Virus record (IMG/VR): IMGVR_UViG_3300025164_000635 | Location: 1-64,000 of that record | Strand: one strand, 5' to 3' | DNA: 64,000 bases | Source: a virus | Shown here: in pieces, positions 1 through 8,648 of the stretch | Layout of the letters: every line of letters begins with the position of its first letter | Numbering within the stretch: the first letter of the stretch is position 1 | Program-made: the position numbers and the translations under genes | Notes under the pieces: generated by a model | The model's input: only the letters and a program-made list of their open reading frames with translations | Databases searched by the model: none | Told to the model about the DNA's origin: nothing

Positions 1-312
1 ATCCACCACAGCCCCGAACGCCGCTGCTACCGTTTCTACCAAGGTTGCGCCGGCCTTGACCGAGAATGGTGGAGGCGAGAGCGAGCAGCACAACAAGGGG
101 ATGCCCAGCGCCAATCCGCCTGGCCTGGAAGAGGTGCTGGCTGAGTTGGTGCCTGCGATCTTCCCGGACCGCCTGGCACTTGTTTCTGCCTTCAACAATC
201 TCAGGGTGAAGTGGGACTCGGCAAAGAGAGAGCCGATCGTTGAATCGTTGACTCGATATGCTGAGTCCCAAAAGAGGCTGACTGCCGGCAGATCCAGGCA
301 AGGAGAAAAGAA

Positions 313-759
313 GTGATGGAAACCTTCCCACAATTCGATGTCGGCACGCAGGAAGAAGTTGTCTTTGGGCCTCCTATCCCATTTCGCGCACCGGTGGTGG
401 TGGAGCTGATGGGGCACGTCCTGATGGCTGGCTATGGCCAGGAAGTGGAGTTCGCCGGTCAGAGCCAATTACAGGTCACGATCCCTGAGATGGACAGTTG
501 GCCGGACGATTTGCGCGGCCCATTCTACATTCCCGGCCAGAGCATGTATCGCACGAGTATCGTCTCCGAAAGCCTGATGTTGGAGGTTGCCGCACGGATG
601 GAGCTCCCGGACTGGTATGAGCGTATCGCCAGAGAGCGGATGGAGGACTACTACGATGGCGAGAGCGGCGTCCTGGACCGGGAAGAGGAAGAGCCTGGCG
701 ATGACGATCGTACCCAGGCTGTCGATCGAGACCAGATGGAGATGGGAAAGGAACTCTAA
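313..759 (+). CDS. hypothetical phage protein, acidic C-terminus
   Basis: 148-aa ORF overlapping the stop of upstream ORF 56..316, with a GGAG RBS; no recognisable motif. Confidence 0.6.
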   Translation: MMETFPQFDVGTQEEVVFGPPIPFRAPVVVELMGHVLMAGYGQEVEFAGQSQLQVTIPEMDSWPDDLRGPFYIPGQSMYRTSIVSESLMLEVAARMELPDWYERIARERMEDYYDGESGVLDREEEEPGDDDRTQAVDRDQMEMGKEL

Positions 760-815
760 CTCTAACCAGGAAGGGGAGGGCGGAGCCGCTCTCCCTCTTC
801 CCGGAGGAGATACTC

Positions 816-1226
816 ATGGATATTGGCGCTTTCGATGAACGACAGTTCCAGCGTCTGTTGTCCTTGCTGTTAAGCCACTCAGAACACTTGGATGAGACCT
901 CTCCGGGAGAAACCTACGATTCTGAGATTTGTAGGTTTGTGAATATGATCTTCAGGACGGCCTGGGACAACCTTGGAATTGCTGCAATCCAGGGAGGCGA
1001 AACCCTGACGGATGAGGATCACCTCATTCGGGTGGCCCACAAGGCTCTTCACCTGGCCTACGACCTGGGGCGGGTGATGCAAGCGGCCAAGGTCCGCATT
1101 TGTCCAACAGACGAGTGGAAGCCTGGCGATCCATCCCGATCGGACCGGGAGATTGAAGATCTACGAAGAAAGTCGAACCATTTAACCGACTCTGATTTCG
1201 ATTGGCTGCTCAGGGGAATGAAGTGA
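816..1226 (+). CDS. hypothetical phage protein
   Basis: GGAGGAG RBS before ATG; 136 aa. Confidence 0.65.
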   Translation: MDIGAFDERQFQRLLSLLLSHSEHLDETSPGETYDSEICRFVNMIFRTAWDNLGIAAIQGGETLTDEDHLIRVAHKALHLAYDLGRVMQAAKVRICPTDEWKPGDPSRSDREIEDLRRKSNHLTDSDFDWLLRGMK

Positions 1227-1762
1227 ACATCTTCGATGTGACGACCAATCTGACGATTGACCTAGATGATGAGCACACGCTTCACAGCATTTGGCCGTTT
1301 GGACGGTACCCGGGTGCCCAGAGATTCACTGTCCAGAGAGTCTGGATGCCCGACCCCAATGGCCTTTCTGCTCCCCAGATAAACGTCACTCTGGATTCAG
1401 TTTTGATGGATGTGGACTGGGTGGAGAAGTGGAATCGGGGTCTGGAGGTGTCGGTCACTTTGGCGCGCGCCGAGCAGCAGGCGCTCGGCCAGGAAGTGGA
1501 CGGCGATGCCATCTACCACTTCAGCACAGCCGACTGTCGCCGGGCCTTCGAGCGTGTCAAGGGAGTCTTCTACGACGAGATTGAGCGGTTGGCGGATCCC
1601 AAACTGACTCTTAGTCTCCGTGATCTCGTCGGGAGTGCGCTGATCGCCTTTGTAGGCGCTCTGCACGATGCCAAGATGCACGAGCTAGGACTGACAGGAC
1701 TATGGCCCGAAATAGCTACCCACAGGACCGAGAAGCCGGATCCAGAATCGCCTGGTTCCTGA
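1223..1762 (+). CDS. hypothetical phage protein (start probably GTG 1223)
   Basis: ORF 1202..1762; GTGA overlap with the upstream stop. Confidence 0.55.
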   Translation: MNIFDVTTNLTIDLDDEHTLHSIWPFGRYPGAQRFTVQRVWMPDPNGLSAPQINVTLDSVLMDVDWVEKWNRGLEVSVTLARAEQQALGQEVDGDAIYHFSTADCRRAFERVKGVFYDEIERLADPKLTLSLRDLVGSALIAFVGALHDAKMHELGLTGLWPEIATHRTEKPDPESPGS

Positions 1763-1908
1763 ACAACATTTACCACGACAACATGCTCATCGTGGCAGGC
1801 GGCCATTTTCAGCCGTATGCCGATCAGCTTGTCCGGGAAGGGGTCATCGAGATGGAGACGCTGGACAATGGCCTGGTGCGCCTCAGCCTGGTTCTTCCCG
1901 GAGAAGAA

Positions 1909-2212
1909 GACCAAACCCCACCTTGGGACGAAATCACAGAGGAGGCATACTGATGGAACTCAACGACGCTATCAGAGCATCGATCTCCAAAGCCGTGAGA
2001 GAGGGAATCGAGGAAGGGATCACCCGATATGCCTGGTGGAAGGACGGCCAGCAGTTCGTTGGCACGGGGACGTATTCTCTCGCTGTTGCGTTGCGAGCGG
2101 CGCAGGACGACCCGACTATCCCACATATCGCACAGCGCATCATTGATGATCTGTTGAAGCAATGACCAGACCCCACCCTGGGACGAAGTTGTAGAGGAGC
2201 CTTACTAATGGA
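1909..2212 (+). repeat. 49-bp imperfect direct repeat pair (1909-1957, 2164-2212)
   Basis: GACCAAACCCCACCTTGGGACGAAATCACAGAGGAGGCATACTGATGGA vs GACCAGACCCCACCCTGGGACGAAGTTGTAGAGGAGCCTTACTAATGGA. Confidence 0.85.
1953..2165 (+). CDS. small hypothetical protein flanked by 49-bp imperfect direct repeats
   Basis: GAGGAGG RBS, TGATG coupling; repeats at 1909-1957 and 2164-2212. Confidence 0.6.
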   Translation: MELNDAIRASISKAVREGIEEGITRYAWWKDGQQFVGTGTYSLAVALRAAQDDPTIPHIAQRIIDDLLKQ

Positions 2213-2684
2213 GACTCATAGTAGAATCAACAGGCGACTGAGGCTTGCCGAGATTGTGGAGGATACCAACGACTGGGCTGCCAAATACCTAGAGGATGTC
2301 GATGCATTGCGCGCCGAAATCAAGCGCTTGAGCGCCGCTGTCAGCGCACAGCCGGCGCTACTCAGAGCATGTCAGTACGCACTGAGTACCCTATCGTTCA
2401 ACGATTTTATCTATAAGGACGGAGAAACACACGTGATCCTCCAGGCCGCCGTGGATGCCACACAATGCAAGGGCGATTATCTTCGAGAGAAGCATGGCGA
2501 TGTGGCAGAAGCTATCGAGAATGTCATCCGCGATGCTGAACTGGACGCCGCCGAGCGCGCAGCACGGGAGATGCAACAGGAAGCCGCAGACATGGCGGCC
2601 GCATCTCGCTATGGAGAGATAAAGATTGCGATCTTGGAACTCGATCCTGTAACCGTCGCGCGACGGGCATTGGAAAGGAATTGA
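2208..2684 (+). CDS. hypothetical protein; C-terminal half paralogous to 2880..3152
   Basis: shared VIRDAEL(D/A)AAE(R/H)AA and L(D/N)P-x-x-(V/I)AR segments. Confidence 0.65.
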   Translation: METHSRINRRLRLAEIVEDTNDWAAKYLEDVDALRAEIKRLSAAVSAQPALLRACQYALSTLSFNDFIYKDGETHVILQAAVDATQCKGDYLREKHGDVAEAIENVIRDAELDAAERAAREMQQEAADMAAASRYGEIKIAILELDPVTVARRALERN

Positions 2685-2685
2685 T

Positions 2686-2883
2686 ATGGCTACATATCGT
2701 GTCATCCTCAACGATGAGGTCTTATCGAAATGCGAGGAGATACTTGCTAATCCAGGCAAGAGAAAGAAACGCAGGAAAAGTTTCTCATTTGATATTCCTA
2801 GTGATTTCGGTTCACGGCGGATAAAACGAATCATAATCACGCTTGAGGTAGAGGCCGCTCTCGCCGTCCAGGAGCAAACATGA
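2686..2883 (+). CDS. small basic hypothetical protein (AT-richer)
   Basis: 65 aa, KRKKRRK stretch, GGAAAGGA RBS. Confidence 0.5.
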   Translation: MATYRVILNDEVLSKCEEILANPGKRKKRRKSFSFDIPSDFGSRRIKRIIITLEVEAALAVQEQT

Positions 2884-3152
2884 ATCCAAATCCAGTGGAT
2901 CGCGCCAATAAACTTGTCTCTAGCCTGGTTGAAGCTGGATGGATCGAAGATGGTGTAAAGGCTGCCGCATTGATCGCTGCCATTGCGCCAGTCATCCGTG
3001 ACGCTGAACTCGCCGCTGCCGAGCACGCAGCGAAGAAGATGCGAGTGGCCGCGATGGCTGCGCTGTACGATGCAGGAAGCGATGACCACCTCATCGTAAG
3101 GACGCTCAATCCTGAAGTCATTGCACGGCAGACGGTGGAAGAAGATGCCTGA
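2880..3152 (+). CDS. hypothetical protein, partial paralog of 2208..2684
   Basis: ATGA overlap, GGAG RBS, shared motif. Confidence 0.6.
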   Translation: MNPNPVDRANKLVSSLVEAGWIEDGVKAAALIAAIAPVIRDAELAAAEHAAKKMRVAAMAALYDAGSDDHLIVRTLNPEVIARQTVEEDA

Positions 3153-5037
3153 ATTTGTTCCAGTTGATCTGAATACGGCAACACCCTACTGGTGGAAGGT
3201 GTTTGAGCCGAGCGCCAGTCGTGCGTTTGAGGCAGCCGACCTGTACTGTGGCTGTGGCGGCGGGACGCAGGCCATCATCGAGTCGGTCATGAGGCGCGGC
3301 GGCCACATCCGAAAGATGATCGCCGTCAATCATTGGGATGCCGCCATCCAGGTACACAGCGCCAACTATCCCCAGGTGGCCCACTTCCTCAACAGTGTCG
3401 AGAACGTGGAGCCGAAGCTGGCTGTGCCTAACGGTCACCTGGACATCCTGACAGCGGGCATCAAGTGCACGCACCACTCACGAGCGGCCGGGGGCGTGCC
3501 GAGAAGTGAGCAGGAACGCATGGACGCCTTCCAGGTCTTGCGCTGGCTGCACGATCTGGACGTGAGCCGGCTCGTCATTGAAAATGTTCCAGAATTTCTG
3601 GAGTGGGGACCTCTTAACCAAGAAGGGCGGCCTATTGAGCGCTTGAAAGGGAAGCTGTTCGTCCAGTGGATCGGGATGCTGGAAGCACTCAACTACAAGG
3701 TGCAGTGGAAGGTTCTCACAGCCTGCTGGTATGGAGACCCGACGAGCCGGGAACGATTCTGGCTGATCGCCAAGAAGGGCAACCGGAAGGTCTTCTTCCC
3801 GGAAGCCACTCATCGAGATCCAAATCAGCCCGCCACGGTGGATATGTTCAGGCCCGAGTTACCGCCCTGGCCTGTGGCGCGAGACATCATTGACTTTGAG
3901 CTGCCGACTCGCAGCATCTTTGGTAGTGACCTGGTGCCGAACACGCTATCGAGAATCCTGGCCGGCTTGCACCGATTCGCCGGCATCCGTCTGAAAGTAG
4001 CCGAGCTTCCCGGCTGTCCTGAGTTCAAGGCCAGGAAGACCGGGAAGGGTGAGAAGATTCGTGTCTCGCCCTACGCCGTAGATGCCCATCGACTACACTA
4101 CCTCAACCTGGCGATCCGAGCCGCACAGGATCATCCCATCGCCGTCAAGAATCGGCGCTACGTCACCAAGGTTAATCCGAAGGCGGTCGATATGGTTCGC
4201 CGTCTCCAGCAGGCCGGTCCACCCAATGAAGAAACAGCGGCCGCCTACATGATCAAGATGTACGGAGAATCCCACTCAGCCTCAATAGATGAGGCCCTGC
4301 CTACGGTCGTCGGCGGATCTCACCTGGGATTCGTCTTGGTCAACCGGGGTGGCCAGGATGGGTACGATCGAAATCATAGCCTGGATGAAACCATGCCCAC
4401 CCTGACAACCGAGAATCCCATCGGTGTCGTGGACTTCCTGCTCCAGCAGCAGAGTGGGGGAGTAGCCCGGTCGGTTGAGCAGCCTGTTCCGGCTCTGGCT
4501 ACGGATGGCGCGGTCCGGCTGGTGAATGTGATCATGCCGTCCGAGGGGTACTACCGCGGCAATGGCGCCCGGCCGGACGATCAGCCTCTACCGAGCCTCA
4601 CCCGGCGAGGAGCAGGGCTGGTGAGCTATCTGGTCAGTGGCCATCACTACAACGGTCGAGATCGGATCGCCTCCAGTGAGGTCGCCATGCCGACCTTGAC
4701 CACAAGACCAGACTGGTCGGTCATCAACACCTTCCTGGCTATCCAGCACGGCACTAACTACGGGACAGAGCGAGACGGGCAGGGGGTAGATGAGGCACTC
4801 CGCACGGTGACCGGGAAGGATCGCTTCATGCTCGTTCTTCCCGGTCTGGGCTTCCTGGACATTCGCTACCGGATGCTGGCCTTGAAGGAACTGGCGAAGG
4901 CTCATTCGGTGCCGGCTGGCTTCACATTCGAGGGAGTGACGAACGAAGCCGGGAAGAAGATGATCGGTAATATGTGGCCGATCCGCATGGGCACGGCGGT
5001 TGTAGACGCTGCCCTGACCGAGAGAGGGGAGAAATGA
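3145..5037 (+). CDS. dcm: DNA (cytosine-5)-methyltransferase
   Basis: motif I DLYCGCGGG, motif IV GIKCTHHS (KC for PC), motif VI ENV, motif VIII PTSRERF, motif X GNMWP; long variable region with repeated PTL/PTV units. Confidence 0.9.
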   Translation: MPEFVPVDLNTATPYWWKVFEPSASRAFEAADLYCGCGGGTQAIIESVMRRGGHIRKMIAVNHWDAAIQVHSANYPQVAHFLNSVENVEPKLAVPNGHLDILTAGIKCTHHSRAAGGVPRSEQERMDAFQVLRWLHDLDVSRLVIENVPEFLEWGPLNQEGRPIERLKGKLFVQWIGMLEALNYKVQWKVLTACWYGDPTSRERFWLIAKKGNRKVFFPEATHRDPNQPATVDMFRPELPPWPVARDIIDFELPTRSIFGSDLVPNTLSRILAGLHRFAGIRLKVAELPGCPEFKARKTGKGEKIRVSPYAVDAHRLHYLNLAIRAAQDHPIAVKNRRYVTKVNPKAVDMVRRLQQAGPPNEETAAAYMIKMYGESHSASIDEALPTVVGGSHLGFVLVNRGGQDGYDRNHSLDETMPTLTTENPIGVVDFLLQQQSGGVARSVEQPVPALATDGAVRLVNVIMPSEGYYRGNGARPDDQPLPSLTRRGAGLVSYLVSGHHYNGRDRIASSEVAMPTLTTRPDWSVINTFLAIQHGTNYGTERDGQGVDEALRTVTGKDRFMLVLPGLGFLDIRYRMLALKELAKAHSVPAGFTFEGVTNEAGKKMIGNMWPIRMGTAVVDAALTERGEK

Positions 5038-5041
5038 CTCA

Positions 5042-5524
5042 TTGTGTGAGAGGCGATTTGCTATGTATCTCAAAATAAAGTTTAGATGTATTAACTGCAA
5101 CAAGGCAGTGAGAGGATATACGTTGAGGAGGAAGTTTTGTTCGGCTCTCTGTGAACGTGAATACACAGCCATGAAACAGAGAGAGCACATTGATTATCCA
5201 GAGGAATTGCATGTATCGAAGTCGGCGCTCGGTGCTGCGTCTGAACTTGATGTCTGCTCTGACTTGCTCAGAAGAGGTTATGAAGTTTTTAGATCGGTAA
5301 ACTCGTCCTGTTCTTGCGATCTAATTGCCATGAAGGACAAGAAGATACTACGTATTGAGGTGAAGACTGGTTGGCGGCACAAACAATCTGGCAAGTTGAT
5401 CTACCCCAAGCCCAGTAGCCATAACTATGATATGTTGGCTGTAGCTGTCCTGGGTAGAGGAATTGAATTCGTGCCTAAATTGGGCATCGTGGATGCCGCG
5501 CTTACCGAGAAGATAGGAGAATGA
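5042..5524 (+). CDS. PD-(D/E)xK endonuclease with N-terminal Zn finger (homing-endonuclease-like)
   Basis: CINC...FCSALC Zn motif; GAASE...CDLIA...IEVKT nuclease motif; AT-richer than neighbours. Confidence 0.8.
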   Translation: MCERRFAMYLKIKFRCINCNKAVRGYTLRRKFCSALCEREYTAMKQREHIDYPEELHVSKSALGAASELDVCSDLLRRGYEVFRSVNSSCSCDLIAMKDKKILRIEVKTGWRHKQSGKLIYPKPSSHNYDMLAVAVLGRGIEFVPKLGIVDAALTEKIGE

Positions 5525-5817
5525 TGGACTACTCTTTCCAGGCTCCCTGTGACTTTGCAGTGTGGGCCCGAACACAAATCCGAGAAGGAAACACTGCGGT
5601 CTACGAGCTGTCTGAGAATGGGGGCTACATCCTGGAAGGAGTGGTCGGTGGTCGGATGCAGCACGTCCGCCTGCCTTTCTGGTTGGGCTACCGCCTGACC
5701 GAGAAGTGGCGCCGGGAAAGGCAACTGCATCGCGTCGGCGCTCAGACCATCGCCCAGATCGTCAGGATGGCCCAACAGGTCTTCTACGATCCTGTTCTCA
5801 AGAGGATTGAGACATGA
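5521..5817 (+). CDS. hypothetical protein
   Basis: AGGAGA RBS, coupled to upstream gene. Confidence 0.55.
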   Translation: MMDYSFQAPCDFAVWARTQIREGNTAVYELSENGGYILEGVVGGRMQHVRLPFWLGYRLTEKWRRERQLHRVGAQTIAQIVRMAQQVFYDPVLKRIET

Positions 5818-6361
5818 GAATATCAGACCTTCATCCAGAACCACATAGGAAGTACATCGTTCTCAGAGACGGATTGCTGTTCACGGCAACCCCATGCTAC
5901 GGTATGCACTCACCATGGTGGGTGGTGAAAACGATGGGGCACAGCTCAGGAGATGAGGCTCCGCCAGAAGACATGCAGCCGAATGATGAGTGGTGGTACC
6001 TGGACGAATTTCTGAATAGCACCGTAGATATTGGGAAGGATTGAGACATGATCATCAAGAGACAGTCCGGCTGGCGGAAGTTCCTGACGCTCGTCTACTG
6101 GCGTATCCAGATTGCCGCGCTTCTGGGGTGTGGTCGGCCACTCGAGATCCTGGAGACTTTCACCTTCCAGGAACAGGAACCAAGTCTTGAAGAGGATGAT
6201 TACTCTCAATATGGGCTGAGTGGTGAGCCTGAGCACTCAACCGACCAGGGAGCCTTTTGCTGGTGTGGGCCGCGAGTTCAGGGCGACGTGATCATCCACA
6301 GGGATCTCCCAAGAATAATCAGAGAGGCCATTGAGCAGCAGGCTAAAGGATTGAGACATGA
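5803..6361 (+). repeat. identical 15-mer AGGATTGAGACATGA at three consecutive gene junctions (5803, 6037, 6347)
   Basis: exact matches that each include the RBS and ATG of ORFs 5814, 6048 and 6358. Confidence 0.9.
5814..6044 (+). CDS. hypothetical protein
   Basis: starts at the repeated junction 15-mer. Confidence 0.55.
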   Translation: MRISDLHPEPHRKYIVLRDGLLFTATPCYGMHSPWWVVKTMGHSSGDEAPPEDMQPNDEWWYLDEFLNSTVDIGKD

Positions 6362-6389
6362 ACCCCAGAACTATCCAAGTAACCTTTGA
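6048..6389 (+). CDS. hypothetical protein (H...CWC-x-P...H motif)
   Basis: starts at the repeated junction; EH...FCWCGP...IIH possible metal site. Confidence 0.55.
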   Translation: MIIKRQSGWRKFLTLVYWRIQIAALLGCGRPLEILETFTFQEQEPSLEEDDYSQYGLSGEPEHSTDQGAFCWCGPRVQGDVIIHRDLPRIIREAIEQQAKGLRHEPQNYPSNL

Positions 6390-6540
6390 TCCAAACATCC
6401 TACCCCAATGGGCCAAGGAAGATCCGAAGGTCATGTCGCTCTGCCGGCGTGATCTGGCCTACCGGGCGGATGTCTTGCGTGCTGCTACTGAGCAGATGAA
6501 GCTACATCTCAAAGACCTGGCGCGGAGGCTGGTGAGGTGA
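6358..6540 (+). CDS. hypothetical protein
   Basis: starts at the repeated junction. Confidence 0.55.
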   Translation: MNPRTIQVTFDPNILPQWAKEDPKVMSLCRRDLAYRADVLRAATEQMKLHLKDLARRLVR

Positions 6541-6749
6541 GAGCCCGAAATCCGACTGTCGTCCAGTTGCCTGTCACGTTCTATGCCGAGAAGGATCATG
6601 TGGCGGCTATCTTCTACGTGGGGGAATCCACCCTGGGGATTCGCTTCGAGTCGCCTGAGCAAATGCTGGAGTTCTTCTCACGCATGATGGATCAGGCCGT
6701 CAAGGTGTGGCCTGACAACTCGTGGATCAAAGAGTATCTGTCAGACTGA
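6537..6749 (+). CDS. hypothetical protein, tandem paralog A
   Basis: LPV.F...GIRFES.E..L.FF......A.KVWPD.SWIKEYLSD shared with the next gene. Confidence 0.7.
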   Translation: MRARNPTVVQLPVTFYAEKDHVAAIFYVGESTLGIRFESPEQMLEFFSRMMDQAVKVWPDNSWIKEYLSD

Positions 6750-6758
6750 GAGAAAGAC

Positions 6759-6962
6759 ATGACAAATGTCATAGCCCATCTACCGGTTTCCTTCGTGGCC
6801 GGGTCAGACTATGTGGGGGCGGTCTTCCACACAGGTGGCACTGACGTAGGGATTCGCTTTGAATCCACTGAGGAATTGCTGTCGTTCTTTGAACAGTTGA
6901 TTGAGCGGGCCACTAAGGTATGGCCCGATGACTCGTGGATCAAAGAGTATCTATCAGATTGA
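6759..6962 (+). CDS. hypothetical protein, tandem paralog B
   Basis: paralog of 6537..6749; near-identical 3' end and downstream spacer. Confidence 0.7.
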   Translation: MTNVIAHLPVSFVAGSDYVGAVFHTGGTDVGIRFESTEELLSFFEQLIERATKVWPDDSWIKEYLSD

Positions 6963-6971
6963 GAGAAAGAC

Positions 6972-7196
6972 ATGACACCCTATCAGCAGAAAGTCCTGGA
7001 AGCCCTGGATAGCCAACCTCGAACGATTCTGGACGTTCACGACCGCGTCTACCCTGGTCTCTCGTGGCGAGGGCGATCAGGTGCCGGCCGCCGAGGTCAG
7101 GTTAAGAGCGCCTTGTATCAGTTGGTCAACGACGGCCTGGCCGTCAAGAAACACAATCCAAGTGGATACTACGACTGGTTCACCAAGAAGGGTTAG
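6972..7196 (+). CDS. putative winged-helix DNA-binding protein
   Basis: MTPYQQKVLEAL...PRTILDV...VKSALYQLVNDGLAVK pattern. Confidence 0.55.
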   Translation: MTPYQQKVLEALDSQPRTILDVHDRVYPGLSWRGRSGAGRRGQVKSALYQLVNDGLAVKKHNPSGYYDWFTKKG

Positions 7197-7198
7197 AC

Positions 7199-7729
7199 AT
7201 GGCACGCAAAGGCTACCACGACTCCACAACCAAGGATGGGCTGCGCGATCTATGGCGCACGCCTCTGCCCATCTACACGTGGCTAAACTCCATGTACCAT
7301 TTCGATGTCGATCTGTCTGCCGTGGACAGTCGGCTGTGTGAACGATTCATCGATCCGGGAAAGGATGCACTATCCGGGCTTACTTCCTGGACGCTGTACG
7401 GTCGATCAGGCTTCAACAATCCGCCCTACAGCAACATCGAGCCGTGGTTTGAGAAGGCCATCACCGAGGCTTCCTTTGACTTTCGGAGTGTCCACCTGGT
7501 CCCAACGCCGAATGGTGAGTATCGCTACCGGGCTCTGGAAGATGCGCGCTGCCACGGGATCACCTTCATTCACGGTCGGCTAGGTTTCCTCCATCCTCAT
7601 TTCATACAGCCCATGGCCGGCAATCTGAGAGGGTCGTGCGTCATTGTGTTCGGGCCTGGCGCGAGAACCAGTCCCTTATCGGTCTCTTTTATTGATCGGG
7701 ATGACATCTTCCGCAAGTGGGATGGATAA
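7199..7729 (+). CDS. phage DNA N6-adenine methyltransferase (phage Dam family)
   Basis: WRTP, FDVDL, catalytic NPPY, GRL-x-F. Confidence 0.85.
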   Translation: MARKGYHDSTTKDGLRDLWRTPLPIYTWLNSMYHFDVDLSAVDSRLCERFIDPGKDALSGLTSWTLYGRSGFNNPPYSNIEPWFEKAITEASFDFRSVHLVPTPNGEYRYRALEDARCHGITFIHGRLGFLHPHFIQPMAGNLRGSCVIVFGPGARTSPLSVSFIDRDDIFRKWDG

Positions 7730-7734
7730 AGGAA

Positions 7735-8025
7735 ATGATGGGACCCCCTCCGCGTGAGAAGTGGCTTTACCGGATTGTGAATCACGTCGGCTACCTGGTC
7801 CGGGTTGAGGCCATGCTGCCTCCTGAGTGGTCTCCCTGGAAGCACGACGTTGAGGTGTTGACTACTCCCGATCTCGGTATTGCCGCCGAGATTGCCAAGA
7901 TCGTCATTCGCCGCGGACTCCAATGCTGGATTGAGCCGGAGAAGGTTAAGCAGGTACATGCCTGCCGCGACAAAACAGGCTGGTCCTCCTCCTTGAATCC
8001 TCCCAGAGAGGAAGAATTGTGGTAA
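7735..8025 (+). CDS. hypothetical protein
   Basis: ORF 7717..8025 with AAGGA upstream of an internal ATG. Confidence 0.45.
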   Translation: MMGPPPREKWLYRIVNHVGYLVRVEAMLPPEWSPWKHDVEVLTTPDLGIAAEIAKIVIRRGLQCWIEPEKVKQVHACRDKTGWSSSLNPPREEELW

Positions 8026-8369
8026 AGAGACCCCCTTCCCGGAAGACACTCCTGGTTCTCCAGTTCATTGTCATGCGGCTTGACGTACTAGGCTATCCGC
8101 CGACCATGCGAGAGCTCATGTCTGAGTTTGGCTGGCACTCGACGAGCGTGGCTCGTCACCATTTGGAAAGACTGAACATGTATGGGCTGATCAAGCTGGA
8201 GCCGGGAAGGGCACGTGGCATTACCGTAGACGGGGAGTGGAAGCCATCCCAACGTATCCTGGAAGTCCTGGAGAGGGAAGGGCTGTGGCCCTGGAACGTT
8301 TCGCCGCGAAACGATGGTGAAGAGGAGAAAGAGAAATGGCCCGAGACAAGAGAAAATGTGTCGGGATGA
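8019..8369 (+). CDS. LexA-type DNA-binding domain protein (no peptidase domain)
   Basis: GYPPTMREL...G..STS.ARHHL..L...GLI...PGRARGI is the LexA N-terminal wHTH signature; only 116 aa. Confidence 0.85.
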   Translation: MVKRPPSRKTLLVLQFIVMRLDVLGYPPTMRELMSEFGWHSTSVARHHLERLNMYGLIKLEPGRARGITVDGEWKPSQRILEVLEREGLWPWNVSPRNDGEEEKEKWPETRENVSG

Positions 8370-8593
8370 TCAATGGCGTCCCGCTCTTCCAGGACGACAT
8401 CAACTTCACGCGGAAGAAGATCAGGGACTACCGGGAAGAGGTCAAGCGCTACGCTCGGATGGCAAGGAAGGCTCGCCCTGAGCAGCGTGGCGGCTACATG
8501 GCCCGGGTCAATCGCGCCGAGAGGGACATACAGCGCATGAAGGACTCCCTAGCGATCTTGCGTGCTAGGGTAGGGAAGTGGGACCTGGACTAA
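8336..8593 (+). CDS. basic coiled-coil hypothetical protein
   Basis: GAGGAG upstream; R/K-rich helical sequence. Confidence 0.55.
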   Translation: MARDKRKCVGMINGVPLFQDDINFTRKKIRDYREEVKRYARMARKARPEQRGGYMARVNRAERDIQRMKDSLAILRARVGKWDLD

Positions 8594-8636
8594 AACACAA
8601 CCACCCCCTCACGGCGTCCCGTGAGTGGAGTGGTTG
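8592..8636 (-). terminator. Rho-independent terminator-like hairpin on the minus strand
   Basis: minus strand CAACCACTCC-A-CTCACGG-GACG-CCGTGAG-GGGGTGGTTG-TGTTTT; the G-U pair works only on the minus strand. Confidence 0.65.
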
Positions 8637-8648
8637 CGCCCTTCCTTG

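Noticed and set aside
3145-5524. Type II restriction-modification pair
   Set aside because: The nuclease looks homing-type (Zn finger plus short PD-(D/E)xK domain, different base composition, duplicated methyltransferase tail); R-M is not excluded but less likely.
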